NCBI GenBank assembly: GCA_943369355.1
Contig: CALRMX020000002.1
Coordinates: 113,376-177,375, forward strand
Direction: 5' to 3'
DNA length: 64,000 nucleotides
From: Chitinophaga pinensis
GTDB taxonomy: Bacteria; Bacteroidota; Bacteroidia; UBA7662
The translations under genes were made by a program, and so were the position numbers. Numbering within the stretch: the first letter of the stretch is position 1; each line of letters starts with the position of its first letter. The notes under the pieces are model-generated. The model was not told the DNA's origin and did not search any database. It saw only the letters and a program-made list of their open reading frames with translations. Below are positions 9,547 through 19,255 of the stretch, in pieces.

Positions 9547-10623
9547 ATGAAATTAGTTGACCGTGAAAGTTCTTTAAACAAACAGCTGATATACAGCCTT
9601 TTGACATTATTTGCTGTAGTAGCTGTTTGTTATTTAATTACAGATTGGGTGGGTTACAGAGCCATCGCTCTAATTTTACTACTTGTGGTATCTATTCAAG
9701 CGATACTCTTTCGTATTGAAGTGATTATTATGATGGCGTTTAGTAGCGCTCTCATTTGGAATTTTTTTTTCATTCCCCCACGCTTTACTTTTTCTATCCG
9801 CAACGCCGAAGACGGGTTGTTGTTTCTGATGTATTTTGTAATAGCGCTATTACATGGGGTTTTCAGTCATCACTTGAAGAAGGCAGAAAAGAAAGTACAG
9901 GCTGAGGCAGAGAGCCAAAAAACCATAGCGCTTTATAACACCGTTTTGAATTCGCTTTCACACGAACTCCGTACCCCAGTTTCTACCATCATTGGCAATT
10001 CGGAGATGCTCCGCGAACGCTACAAAACGCTACAAGATGAACAGAGGCAACTGTTGCTCGACGACCTACTTCAAGCTGGTAATCGATTGCATAGGCAGCT
10101 CGAAAATTTACTAAATATGAGTCGTATTGAATCGGGAGTGATACGTCCAAAACTAGATTGGGTTGACCTGACAGAGTTATTTCATCAATTACTCAACGAG
10201 TTGGAACCTCTGCTTCGCAATAAGGTTGAACTACATCTAGTGGATTCACCTTTAATCATTAATACCGACCGTGGAATATTGGTTGAAATTCTTCGGAATT
10301 TGATTCAAAATGCTGAACAGCACGCGCACGGCTCGTCCAAAATTGTTATCAAAGCAACGTTGATCGAAAATTTCCTTGACATACGCGTAGAAGACGATGG
10401 TATAGGTGTGAGCCACCTAGATCTACCTCATTTATTTGATAAATTTTATCGCGGAAATCAAAAGCAGATTGGCGGCATTGGTTTGGGTCTCTCTATCGTA
10501 AAAGGATTCGTAGAAGCATTAGGTGGAGATATTCAAGTGTACGCTGCACTACCACATGGTGCAGGCTTTCATGTAAGTGTTCCTGCACAATTGTTTACTG
10601 CAAATGGAAATACAATCGGGTAA
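9547..10623 (+). CDS. Sensor histidine kinase, KdpD C-terminal-type (DUF4118 membrane module, HisKA and HATPase) without the KdpD N-terminal sensor domain
   Basis: Three to four TM helices, then H-box LSHELRTPVSTI, N-box LIQNAEQHA, G1 VEDDGIGV and G2 GGIGLGLSIV. Confidence 0.85.
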   Translation: MKLVDRESSLNKQLIYSLLTLFAVVAVCYLITDWVGYRAIALILLLVVSIQAILFRIEVIIMMAFSSALIWNFFFIPPRFTFSIRNAEDGLLFLMYFVIALLHGVFSHHLKKAEKKVQAEAESQKTIALYNTVLNSLSHELRTPVSTIIGNSEMLRERYKTLQDEQRQLLLDDLLQAGNRLHRQLENLLNMSRIESGVIRPKLDWVDLTELFHQLLNELEPLLRNKVELHLVDSPLIINTDRGILVEILRNLIQNAEQHAHGSSKIVIKATLIENFLDIRVEDDGIGVSHLDLPHLFDKFYRGNQKQIGGIGLGLSIVKGFVEALGGDIQVYAALPHGAGFHVSVPAQLFTANGNTIG

Positions 10624-11293
10624 ATATCAAGTGCTTGTTGTTGACGACGAGATACAAATTCGACGTCTACTTCAAATAAGTCTTGAAGAGCAAGGTTATT
10701 TGGTAAAACTAGCAAGTAACGGTCGTGAAGCTCTGGTAGCCGCAGGTAGTCACCCACCCGATTTAATTTTACTAGATATGGGCCTTCCTGATATACAAGG
10801 TCAACAATTGTTAAAAGAGCTGCGTGAATGGTTTCAGCGTCCAATAATTATACTTTCTGCAGTGAACGACGAAACCAATATAGTTGAGGCTTTGGATCAT
10901 GGCGCAAATGATTACATCACCAAGCCTTTTAGGGTTGGTGAATTGCAAGCCAGAATACGTAATGCACTCCGAGGAAGTAATGAAATGAAAACATCGGAAA
11001 TCCTAGATTTTGGAGATTTGAAAATTGACCTGCCTCAACGTATCGTTACTTTAAACGATACTGATGTAAAACTAACTGTAACCGAATATAACTTATTAAT
11101 TCTGCTGGCTAAAAATGAAGGAAGGGTACTCACCCACCAGTATTTATTACGTGAAATTTGGGGTTACAGTTATGTAGAGGAAACGCAATATTTACGCGTT
11201 TTTATTGCTGCTTTGCGCAAAAAAATCGAAGTTAACCCAAATAAGCCCAAGCATATTACCACCGAAAGTGGAGTAGGGTACCGGTTTCAATAA
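10604..11293 (+). CDS. kdpE: OmpR-family response regulator, KdpE-like
   Basis: The receiver (VLVVDDE...DLILLDMGLPD...KPF) and winged helix (GVGYRF) are present. LREWFQRPIIILSA and GELQARIRNALR closely resemble E. coli KdpE as I recall it. ATG 10604 overlaps the kinase stop by 20 nt. Confidence 0.8.
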   Translation: MEIQSGKYQVLVVDDEIQIRRLLQISLEEQGYLVKLASNGREALVAAGSHPPDLILLDMGLPDIQGQQLLKELREWFQRPIIILSAVNDETNIVEALDHGANDYITKPFRVGELQARIRNALRGSNEMKTSEILDFGDLKIDLPQRIVTLNDTDVKLTVTEYNLLILLAKNEGRVLTHQYLLREIWGYSYVEETQYLRVFIAALRKKIEVNPNKPKHITTESGVGYRFQ

Positions 11294-11376
11294 CTTTATT
11301 TTTTCTTTATACAAACCCATAAATCCTTGATTTTATTCCAACAGGCCGGAATACACCTTTGCATGCACAAATTCAA

Positions 11377-12741
11377 ATGCAAATGTCAGCTTCTGCTAAA
11401 TCAAGTCTAGAGCAACTCCTCAAAAATTATCGCAAGTTTCAACTCTCATTAAGCCCTCAACAAAATTTACTTTTTGGGTTTTTAAGCTATTCCCTCATTG
11501 GCTGGATATTTTTATGTACACCTTGGGCACAGTCAGTACAAACTTCATGGGTCGATAATTTATTTGTTGCTGTTTCAGCTATTTCAACAACTGGACTCAG
11601 CACGGTAAGTGTAGCCGACAACTATACTTTGTTTGGTGAATTCATCGTGCTTTTATTGATACAAATTGGCGGCATTGGATATATGACCTTTACCTCATTT
11701 GTGCTGCTTGCACGTAAAAGCGATTTAACCCACTGGCATCAACGCGTATTAAATGCCGAGTTTGCATTGCCAAGAGGTTTTGAAATACAAGATTTTTTAC
11801 GCTCGGTAATCTTGTTCACGCTGATTGTGGAGGCCTTAGGTGCTATTCTGTTTTTTATTTTTTTCATGCAAGAAGGCTTATCAGCCCAGCACGCACTTTG
11901 GAGCAGCATATTCCACTCTGTTTCAAGTTTTTGTACCGCAGGATTTAGTCTGTACAACAACAGTTTTGAAGGCTATGTAGGCCATTTCGGGATAAATATG
12001 CTCATTACCTTCCTTTCTATTCTTGGGTCGATAGGCTTCATTGTAGTTACAGATGTTTGGCAACAAATAAGAAAGAATACATTGGGTATCACTTACACCA
12101 GCAGAGTTATTTTGAATGTCACTGGGCTATTGATGCTTTTAGGTACCATTTGGATTTATTTTTTTGAATCCAGCATCCAAGATCATCCTCATCGTTTATT
12201 GATTTCTTTTTTTCAGTCGATGTCTGCACTCACAACTGTAGGGTATAATTCCTATTCAATAGGAATACTAGGTCAATCAGTTTTGCTAATGTTGATTTTT
12301 CTCATGTTCATTGGTGCTTCACCTTCAGGTACCGGTGGTGGCTTAAAAACTACCACGCTTACCGCCCTCACTGCCTTTGTTTGGAGCCAAATTCGTAACC
12401 AAAAGGAAATTAGTTTTTTTGGAAAGAAAATACCGCAAGAAAGGTTAAAGGTGGCTAGTGCTGCTTTCATACTTTATGCTTTCCTTCTCTTTTTTGCTAC
12501 CTTATTGATGAGTACCACCGAACGGCTTCCCATACACCAACTCTTTTTCGAGGCCACTTCGGCGATAGGTACAGTAGGACTAAGCATGGGTATAACAGCA
12601 CAGTTAAGTACTTATGGTAAAGTAATACTTGTGTTTATCATGTTTGCAGGACGCTTAGGCTTACTTACGCTCGGTATAGCCATGATGGCACAAAAAGGTT
12701 CTTCAGTGCATGCAAAAAAAGAAGTGGATCTAGCCCTCTAA
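11377..12741 (+). CDS. TrkH/KtrB-family potassium transporter subunit
   Basis: Four pore-loop-like motifs: STTGLS, CTAGFS, TTVGYN and GTVGLSMG. About 10 TM segments. The start is uncertain (TTG 11359, ATG 11377 or ATG 11383). Confidence 0.85.
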   Translation: MQMSASAKSSLEQLLKNYRKFQLSLSPQQNLLFGFLSYSLIGWIFLCTPWAQSVQTSWVDNLFVAVSAISTTGLSTVSVADNYTLFGEFIVLLLIQIGGIGYMTFTSFVLLARKSDLTHWHQRVLNAEFALPRGFEIQDFLRSVILFTLIVEALGAILFFIFFMQEGLSAQHALWSSIFHSVSSFCTAGFSLYNNSFEGYVGHFGINMLITFLSILGSIGFIVVTDVWQQIRKNTLGITYTSRVILNVTGLLMLLGTIWIYFFESSIQDHPHRLLISFFQSMSALTTVGYNSYSIGILGQSVLLMLIFLMFIGASPSGTGGGLKTTTLTALTAFVWSQIRNQKEISFFGKKIPQERLKVASAAFILYAFLLFFATLLMSTTERLPIHQLFFEATSAIGTVGLSMGITAQLSTYGKVILVFIMFAGRLGLLTLGIAMMAQKGSSVHAKKEVDLAL

Positions 12742-12950
12742 CCCTTCATCAAACGCATCACTAAAACTGGAGATGTATGCCTTTAATTGACTGTATGCGC
12801 TTACACGGGTTCTAATTATTTTGTTTAGGTGCGTGGTAAATGCTACTTAGTTCAATCCTGCATAAGTATGCGCAATTTCCAAAGGTATATACCTTAGTGG
12901 TTTGCTCTTAAAATAAACAAAAGCGCCTTATCAAAACCTAGAACGAACAA

Positions 12951-13022
12951 AAGCCCGGAAACAACTTCGAATATGTATTTAGATGCTGATTTGGAGTATT
13001 AGCATGTTGCATTTCCGGGCTT
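12951..13022. repeat. Long imperfect hairpin (inverted repeat) in the 470-nt trkH-glgP spacer
   Basis: AAGCCCGGAAA (12951-12961) pairs perfectly with TTTCCGGGCTT (13012-13022). Inner pairs are CAAC/GTTG and ATGCTGAT/ATTAGCAT. No T-run follows. Confidence 0.5.
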
Positions 13023-13210
13023 GCGGTAGACTAAACGATGAGAAAAATATTTTATTTTCTTGTTCTACTTACGAACTATCGCCATACAGAAGTCTATTCG
13101 GATATTTTCATCTGAAAATTCCGATTTGCTTGTTCTTCTCGCAGCTTCTCGTAGGGCGAAAAATAGTTTTTATTACTTTTACCGCTCGTACTTAACACAT
13201 CCGCAACATT

Positions 13211-15769
13211 ATGCATCCTAAAAACAACGACCCGGTCTGGAAAAGGGTTCTCGTGCGTTCAGAAGTCCCCAAACAACTTGAATCACTCCAACGCCTTTCC
13301 CGAAACATCTGGTGGTCATGGAATTACGAAGCACTCGAGCTTTTCGAGTCCATCGATGCCGAGCTCTGGGAGAAATCGCAACACAACCCGGTATCTATGC
13401 TGGAAATGCTCTCATTTGAGCAATTTCAGAAACTGGTAAGCGATAAGAACTTTAATACCCGCTTGAATAAAGTCATAGCTGCTTTCGACGCTTATATGCG
13501 TGCGCCCAAAGCAGCAAAAACCCCCAAGATTGCCTATTTCTGCATGGAATATGGTTTACATTCGGTGATTAAACTCTACTCGGGTGGCCTTGGTGTACTT
13601 GCAGGCGATTACCTCAAAGAAGCCAGCGACTGCAATCACGACATGGTAGGTATTGGCCTATTGTACCGCTATGGCTACTTCAAACAAACCTTAAGCTATC
13701 ACGGCGAACAGATTGCCAATTACAAAGCGCAAAAGTTCAGCTTCTTGCCGGTACAACCGGTAAAACACCCCGATGGGCAATGGGTCATGATTAATTTGCA
13801 GCTTCCGGGCCGCACCCTACACGCCAAGGTGTGGAAAATAGATGTTGGTCGTGTGCCCTTGTACTTGCTCGATACCGATCTCGACGAAAACCAAGAGCAG
13901 GACCGCATGATTAGTCACCAATTGTATGGTGGTGACTGGGAAAATCGCTTGAAACAAGAAATCCTCTTGGGCATAGGCGGCATCAAAACCCTCGACGCTT
14001 TAGGCATAAAGCCAGACGTATATCACTGCAATGAAGGCCACGCTGCATTTACAGGTCTCGAACGGGTGAAAAAATACATCCAAGAAAATTACCTCAGCTA
14101 CCATCAGGCCATTGAATTGGTGAAGTCTACTTCTTTGTTCACCACGCATACACCTGTTCCAGCAGGTCACGACAGTTTCAATGAAGATTTGCTCAAAACA
14201 TACCTCTACAACTACAGTGAAATATTCCAAATCAGCTGGGATAAGTTCATGGCGCTGGGCAGAGTAAACGAATATCAACACGAAGAAAATTTCAGCATGA
14301 GCCACCTTGCGGCACGTATGGCGCAAGAAGTGAATGGCGTGAGTAAAATTCACGGCGATGTATCGAAAGATATGCTCCAAGTGTTGTGGCCCGGTTACGC
14401 GAAAGACGAAATTCACATCGACTACGTGACCAACGGCGTTCACTATTATACCTGGACTTCGGTGGCCTTCCAGAAACTTTACGAAAAACATCTAGGCAAA
14501 GAGTTCCTTGCCAATCAAGCCGATGCTAGCCGGTGGAAAAAAATACACGAAGTACCCGATGCCGAAATTTGGGCTACACGTAAGGTCCTGAAAAATCGCC
14601 TCTTTGAGTCGTTGACTAAAAAGATGACCAAAGACTTGACCCTGCGCCAAGAAGCGCCAGGCAAAATTTTAAGTACTGTAAATTCCTTCGACGAAAACGC
14701 ACTTACCATAGGTTTTGCTCGTCGTTTTGCGACGTACAAGCGCGCGCACCTGCTCTTCAAGAACCTGGATCGACTCAAAAAGCTCGTCAATATTCCGGGC
14801 AAACCCGTTCAGTTCGTCTTTGCCGGTAAAGCTCACCCTGCCGACAAAGGCGGTCAGGAACTCATCCGGCGCATCGTTGAAGTATCGCAAATGCCCGACT
14901 TTGCAGGCAAGGTTTTCTTTGTTGAGAACTACGACATGGCCTTAGCACGTCGTTTGGTGCATGGCGTTGACGTATGGTTGAATACCCCCACTCGTCCGCT
15001 CGAAGCTTCGGGCACTTCGGGTATGAAGGCCACCATGAATGGCGTTCTGAACCTTTCGGTACTCGATGGCTGGTGGGCTGAAGGGTATATTCCCGAAAGT
15101 GGTTGGTCGTTACCCGAAGAGAAGACCTACGAGAACGTAGACTTTCAGGACGAACTGGATGCTGAAACTTTGTACAACATCATCGAAGACCAAGTAATCC
15201 CTACCTATTTTGATCGCGACAAAAACGGCCTGCCTACGGCATGGATCAAACGCATCAAATACGCCATCAGCGACATCGCTCCTCATTTTACCATGAAGCG
15301 CATGATCGACGAGTACTACGAGAAGTTTTACCACAAACTACAAAAGCGAGGACAAAGCTTCAGTGCAAAAGAATTTGCATCCGCACGTGAACTTGCCGAA
15401 TGGAAAGCCCGGGTATATTTTAATTGGGACAGCATCGACGTACTATCGGTAGATACGTTCGACTCGTTCAATAATGCCTTACAACTAGGAGAGCCTTTCC
15501 ATGCTAGGATCGTTCTCGACCTCAAACAACTTTCGAAAGAAGAGGTAAGCATTGAAGTTGTTTTGGCCGAAAAAGTAGGTGAGAACGACGAGCGTAAGGT
15601 GCTCTTCCGCGAAGAAATGAAGGCAGCCAAAAACGATGGCACCCGCGTTTTGTACGAATGTAGAATTCCGATGAAGAATTCTGGGGTGTTCGATTACGGC
15701 TTCCGAATATCTCCTAAAAGCAAATTACTCGCTTACAAACACGACTTGAATTTAGTTCGTTGGATTTGA
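13211..15769 (+). CDS. glgP: Alpha-glucan (glycogen/maltodextrin) phosphorylase, GT35, DUF3417 N-terminal type
   Basis: N-terminal LSRNIWWSWN motif, and the PLP-lysine region EASGTSGMKATMNG. 852 aa. Confidence 0.9.
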   Translation: MHPKNNDPVWKRVLVRSEVPKQLESLQRLSRNIWWSWNYEALELFESIDAELWEKSQHNPVSMLEMLSFEQFQKLVSDKNFNTRLNKVIAAFDAYMRAPKAAKTPKIAYFCMEYGLHSVIKLYSGGLGVLAGDYLKEASDCNHDMVGIGLLYRYGYFKQTLSYHGEQIANYKAQKFSFLPVQPVKHPDGQWVMINLQLPGRTLHAKVWKIDVGRVPLYLLDTDLDENQEQDRMISHQLYGGDWENRLKQEILLGIGGIKTLDALGIKPDVYHCNEGHAAFTGLERVKKYIQENYLSYHQAIELVKSTSLFTTHTPVPAGHDSFNEDLLKTYLYNYSEIFQISWDKFMALGRVNEYQHEENFSMSHLAARMAQEVNGVSKIHGDVSKDMLQVLWPGYAKDEIHIDYVTNGVHYYTWTSVAFQKLYEKHLGKEFLANQADASRWKKIHEVPDAEIWATRKVLKNRLFESLTKKMTKDLTLRQEAPGKILSTVNSFDENALTIGFARRFATYKRAHLLFKNLDRLKKLVNIPGKPVQFVFAGKAHPADKGGQELIRRIVEVSQMPDFAGKVFFVENYDMALARRLVHGVDVWLNTPTRPLEASGTSGMKATMNGVLNLSVLDGWWAEGYIPESGWSLPEEKTYENVDFQDELDAETLYNIIEDQVIPTYFDRDKNGLPTAWIKRIKYAISDIAPHFTMKRMIDEYYEKFYHKLQKRGQSFSAKEFASARELAEWKARVYFNWDSIDVLSVDTFDSFNNALQLGEPFHARIVLDLKQLSKEEVSIEVVLAEKVGENDERKVLFREEMKAAKNDGTRVLYECRIPMKNSGVFDYGFRISPKSKLLAYKHDLNLVRWI

Positions 15770-15791
15770 ATGCAATTCGTCGAGAAAATAA

Positions 15792-15813
15792 GGCTCCTTC
15801 GGGGGCCTTTTTT
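15792..15813 (+). terminator. Intrinsic terminator of glgP
   Basis: GGCTCC-TTCG-GGGGCC stem-loop followed by TTTTTT. Confidence 0.7.
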
Positions 15814-16106
15814 CATTTTTGGACTATTGAACAACGCAGCATTGCGAGTGAATAGTCCATTGAAAATGGTGATCGGTATTGGCAGACCTACTGCGACAGC
15901 TGGTAATACTATTTGTCAGTAGCTATGACTTCGCAAAACTTGGCGTGCATGCTTTCGATAAATAATTCAACGTCCAAAAACAATCATTATCCAATAAATA
16001 CCCGCATTTTTTAAATAACTGAAAATTCATCCCACAACCAAAACTAAGTCGATTGTCATACATAAGTCATGGTAGGCTAAAAAAAATGTCTCATTAATTT
16101 AGGCCC

Positions 16107-16307
16107 ATGCCAAAACAGCTTACCGGAAAAAACGTATATTACAAACGGCATTTAAAATCAAAAACCATGAACGATCTGATCTCGAATGTCCTCATCAAAG
16201 CGCGTAAGCGCCGGAAGTCTGTTGCAGTGATTAAAAGGTATCTCTTTTTGAAATACCGGATTCGCGTATCAGACGATGTTCTACTCCGCCGTTTGCAACA
16301 AGCATAA
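16107..16307 (+). CDS. Possible small, highly basic protein (66 aa, or 46 aa from the internal ATG), unknown function
   Basis: Isolated ORF in a 580-nt spacer, followed by a strong terminator at 16328. Sequence KARKRRKSVAVIKRYLFLKYRIRV. No recognisable family. Confidence 0.3.
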   Translation: MPKQLTGKNVYYKRHLKSKTMNDLISNVLIKARKRRKSVAVIKRYLFLKYRIRVSDDVLLRRLQQA

Positions 16308-16327
16308 GTCGTTGCATTCGAAAACAT

Positions 16328-16351
16328 GGGCCTCTTAGGAGGCCCTTTTTT
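16328..16351. terminator. Intrinsic terminator shared by the small ORF (+) and the DUF1304 gene (-)
   Basis: GGGCCTC-TTAG-GAGGCCC followed by TTTTTT. The minus-strand stop codon (16350-16352) abuts it. Confidence 0.7.
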
Positions 16352-16712
16352 ATACCCAGAAAAGCAACAGCAGTCCTAAAATTGCCGGAACAGCCTGCAC
16401 AAAAAAGATAGTGCGCTGTACGCTAAAGGCACCGTAAACACCGGCAGCAGTAACACAGGTAAAAAAGAACAGCAACACCTGGCGGGCCACAAAAGGATCG
16501 GGTAGCAGGCTTCCCCAAATTAAACCGGCAGCTAAGAAGCCGTTGTATAGGCCCTGATTAGCCGCCAATGCTCTGGTTCGGATAAAAAAATCGTCGCCTT
16601 GTTTGCGAAACAAGCGTGGACCAACCGTAGTCCAAGCAAACATTTCAAACCAAAGAAAAAACAGATGAAGCGCAGCCACCAAGGCAGCGATTAAAATTAC
16701 AGCATTCGACAT
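16350..16712 (-). CDS. DUF1304-family small membrane protein
   Basis: 120 aa, 4 TM. The N-terminus LIAALVAALHLFFLWFEMFAWTT is typical of DUF1304 as I recall it. Confidence 0.7.
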   Translation of the reverse strand: MSNAVILIAALVAALHLFFLWFEMFAWTTVGPRLFRKQGDDFFIRTRALAANQGLYNGFLAAGLIWGSLLPDPFVARQVLLFFFTCVTAAGVYGAFSVQRTIFFVQAVPAILGLLLLFWV

Positions 16713-16812
16713 GGCATACTCTTTTCTTCAAGTTACAACCGAATTTTAGAATAATGATCGGTAAAGGCAGAATTAACTTTCCTAGAATTTGCCTTGCCTT
16801 TATATTCGTAAT

Positions 16813-17715
16813 ATGCGTTTCGCCCTTTATCTGTTTATTCTTCTGCTGCCCAATTTCACAAGTGCCCAAACCGACAGTCTCTCTTTCGACCTTCAGGGTC
16901 ATCGGGGTTGTCGTGGCTTGATGCCCGAAAATACGATTCCGGCCATGCTCAAAGCCCTTGATTTAGGGGTGCAAACCTTGGAGTTAGACGTAGTGATTAG
17001 TGCCGACAAACAAGTGGTGGTATCGCACGAACCTTGGATCAATGCAGATATTTGCTTGGACACCACTGGCAGCGACTTAAGCAACAGCAAGGCCAAACAG
17101 CTGAACATATATCGGATGCGTTATGCCGAAATTCAACAATATGACTGTGGTAGCCGCAAATTCGGCCGTTTCCCCGAACAAGAAAAGCTGCCTGTTTTTA
17201 AACCCTTGCTAAGCGATTTGATAGAAGTTTGTGAGCGATATAGTCGCGAGCGAAAACTGCCCCCAGTTCGCTACAATATCGAGATAAAAAGCAGCCCACA
17301 AGGCGACAACAAAGATCATCCAGCACCTGAAGAGTTTGTTGCCTTGGTGATGGCCACCATCAACCGTTATGGTATCGCTTCCCGTACCACCATTCAAAGT
17401 TTCGACCTACGCCCGCTTCAATTGCTCAACAAACAAAACGCAAATGTCACGCTAGCCTTTCTTACTGAAAGTGAAGACGACCTAGAAAGTGTGGTTGAGG
17501 AACTGGGATTTATCCCCGATATTTTCAGTCCGGCATTTAAGTTAGTCGACCGCCAACTGGTTAGTGCATGCCGCAAGCAAAACGTACGCATTATTCCGTG
17601 GACGGTGAATGAGGTAGATCAAATGGAAAAGCTGATAAAAATGGGCGTTGATGGGCTTATTACCGATTATCCCGATCGGGCTTTGCCACTCCTCAAACGG
17701 CCAACCGAAAATTAA
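16813..17715 (+). CDS. Glycerophosphodiester phosphodiesterase (GDPD family), secreted
   Basis: GHRGCRGLMPENTIPAM...ELDV...SHE motifs and a signal peptide MRFALYLFILLLPNFTSAQ. Start moved to ATG 16813. Confidence 0.85.
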   Translation: MRFALYLFILLLPNFTSAQTDSLSFDLQGHRGCRGLMPENTIPAMLKALDLGVQTLELDVVISADKQVVVSHEPWINADICLDTTGSDLSNSKAKQLNIYRMRYAEIQQYDCGSRKFGRFPEQEKLPVFKPLLSDLIEVCERYSRERKLPPVRYNIEIKSSPQGDNKDHPAPEEFVALVMATINRYGIASRTTIQSFDLRPLQLLNKQNANVTLAFLTESEDDLESVVEELGFIPDIFSPAFKLVDRQLVSACRKQNVRIIPWTVNEVDQMEKLIKMGVDGLITDYPDRALPLLKRPTEN

Positions 17716-17748
17716 TGCGCTGATATAAGGCCGTCTCGATAAAAAGCT

Positions 17749-17756
17749 TAATTTTG
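17749..17756 (+). promoter_or_regulatory. -7 box TAATTTTG upstream of guaB (24-nt spacer to the ATG)
   Basis: Exact TAnnTTTG match. Confidence 0.4.
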
Positions 17757-17780
17757 TGCGGCAAATAGCACTATTTGCCG

Positions 17781-19250
17781 ATGTTAGATTTTTCCCAAAA
17801 GTTCGTGGGTGAGGCCCTTACCTACGACGACGTACTACTCGTCCCGGCCTATTCCGAAGTCCTTCCCCGCGACGTCGATATTTCATCACGTCTCACCCGC
17901 AACATTCGTGTAAATGTGCCTATCGTTTCGGCGGCTATGGATACCGTTACCGAATCGGATTTAGCCATCGCCATGGCGCAAGAGGGAGGTATTGGCATGT
18001 TGCACAAAAACATGAGCATCGAAGCGCAAGCCCGCGAAGTTCGGAAAGTAAAACGCTCCGAAAGTGGCTTAATCGTCGATCCCATCACCCTGCATCCCGA
18101 GGCAACCTTGAGCGAAGCCCTTGAGCTGATGAAAGAGAACCGCATTGGCGGTATTCCTATTGTAGATCAGGACCGCAAATTGGTGGGCATACTCACCAAC
18201 CGCGATCTTCGCTTTGAAAAAGATACCAAACGCCCGATTTCGGAAGTGATGAGCAGCGGTCAGCTCGTCACTGCTCGCGAAGGCACCTCACTGAAAGAAG
18301 CTGAAGGCATCTTGCAGCAGCATAAAATTGAAAAATTACCGGTAGTAGATGCGGCAAACCGTCTCATTGGGCTCATCACCTACCGCGACATCCTCAAACT
18401 GAAAGACTACCCACGTGCAAACAAAGACCGCTTGGGCCGTTTGCGTGTAGGTGCAGCTGTAGGCGTTACTGCCGACATGCTCGAGCGCGTGGGAGCCTTA
18501 GTTGCCGCAGGGGTCGACGTGATTACCATCGACACTGCACACGGTCATTCGGCGGGTGTAATCAATGCCCTGAAGCAGGCCAAAGCAGCCTTTCCTGAGC
18601 TCGACGTGATTGTTGGCAACATTGCCACCGGAGCAGCGGCCAAAGCCCTTGCCGATGCCGGGGCCGATGCTGTGAAAGTGGGTGTTGGTCCGGGTTCCAT
18701 TTGTACCACTCGGGTAGTAGCCGGTGTGGGTGTTCCCCAGCTCACGGCCATCTACGAAGTGGCTCAAGCACTGAAAGGAACTGGAGTACCCTTGATAGCC
18801 GACGGTGGTATACGTTATACTGGCGACATTGTGAAAGCTTTGGCCGCAGGTGCCGGCACCATCATGGCCGGAAGCCTATTTGCAGGGGTGGAAGAGTCGC
18901 CTGGTGAGACCATCATTTTTGAAGGCCGCAAGTTCAAGTCTTACCGCGGCATGGGATCGATTGAAGCCATGAAAGAAGGCTCGAAGGACCGTTATTTTCA
19001 AGACACCGAAGACGAAATCAAAAAACTGGTACCCGAAGGTATCGTGGGTCGTGTGCCCTACAAAGGCAAATTGGCCGAGGTGATGTATCAATATATTGGC
19101 GGTTTACGTGCCGGAATGGGTTACGTTGGTGCCCTCAATATGGACATGTTGCAAGAGGCGCGTTTTGTACGCATCACCAATAGCGGCATACGCGAAAGTC
19201 ACCCACACGGCATCACCATCACCAAGGAAGCACCCAATTACACCCGATAA
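17781..19250 (+). CDS. guaB: IMP dehydrogenase
   Basis: [10 protein letters not shown], a CBS pair, and the catalytic loop [20 protein letters not shown]. 489 aa from ATG 17781. Confidence 0.95.
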   Translation: MLDFSQKFVGEALTYDDVLLVPAYSEVLPRDVDISSRLTRNIRVNVPIVSAAMDTVTESDLAIAMAQEGGIGMLHKNMSIEAQAREVRKVKRSESGLIVDPITLHPEATLSEALELMKENRIGGIPIVDQDRKLVGILTNRDLRFEKDTKRPISEVMSSGQLVTAREGTSLKEAEGILQQHKIEKLPVVDAANRLIGLITYRDILKLKDYPRANKDRLGRLRVGAAVGVTADMLERVGALVAAGVDVITIDTAHGHSAGVINALKQAKAAFPELDVIVGNIATGAAAKALADAGADAVKVGVGPGSICTTRVVAGVGVPQLTAIYEVAQALKGTGVPLIADGGIRYTGDIVKALAAGAGTIMAGSLFAGVEESPGETIIFEGRKFKSYRGMGSIEAMKEGSKDRYFQDTEDEIKKLVPEGIVGRVPYKGKLAEVMYQYIGGLRAGMGYVGALNMDMLQEARFVRITNSGIRESHPHGITITKEAPNYTR

Positions 19251-19255
19251 CGCCC

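Noticed and set aside
12983-13195. 70-aa plus-strand ORF in the trkH-glgP spacer
   Set aside because: It has no start context. The sequence is Cys/Phe-rich and nonsensical (MLIWSISMLHFRACG...), and it overlaps the hairpin element. It is more likely non-coding.
14000-14491. 163-aa minus-strand ORF inside glgP. Similar shadow or alternative-frame ORFs occur at 25530..26030 in murI, 34659..35171 in dsbD, 50584..51063 in the DUF389 gene, 55357..55845 in the symporter, and 56132..56611.
   Set aside because: All are nested in or antisense to genes with strong family signatures, and none has a recognisable motif. They are expected by chance in GC-rich coding DNA.
16139-16327. 62-aa minus-strand ORF overlapping the small basic ORF
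   Set aside because: It is antisense to the 16107..16307 ORF and would read into the terminator hairpin from the wrong side. There are no supporting features.
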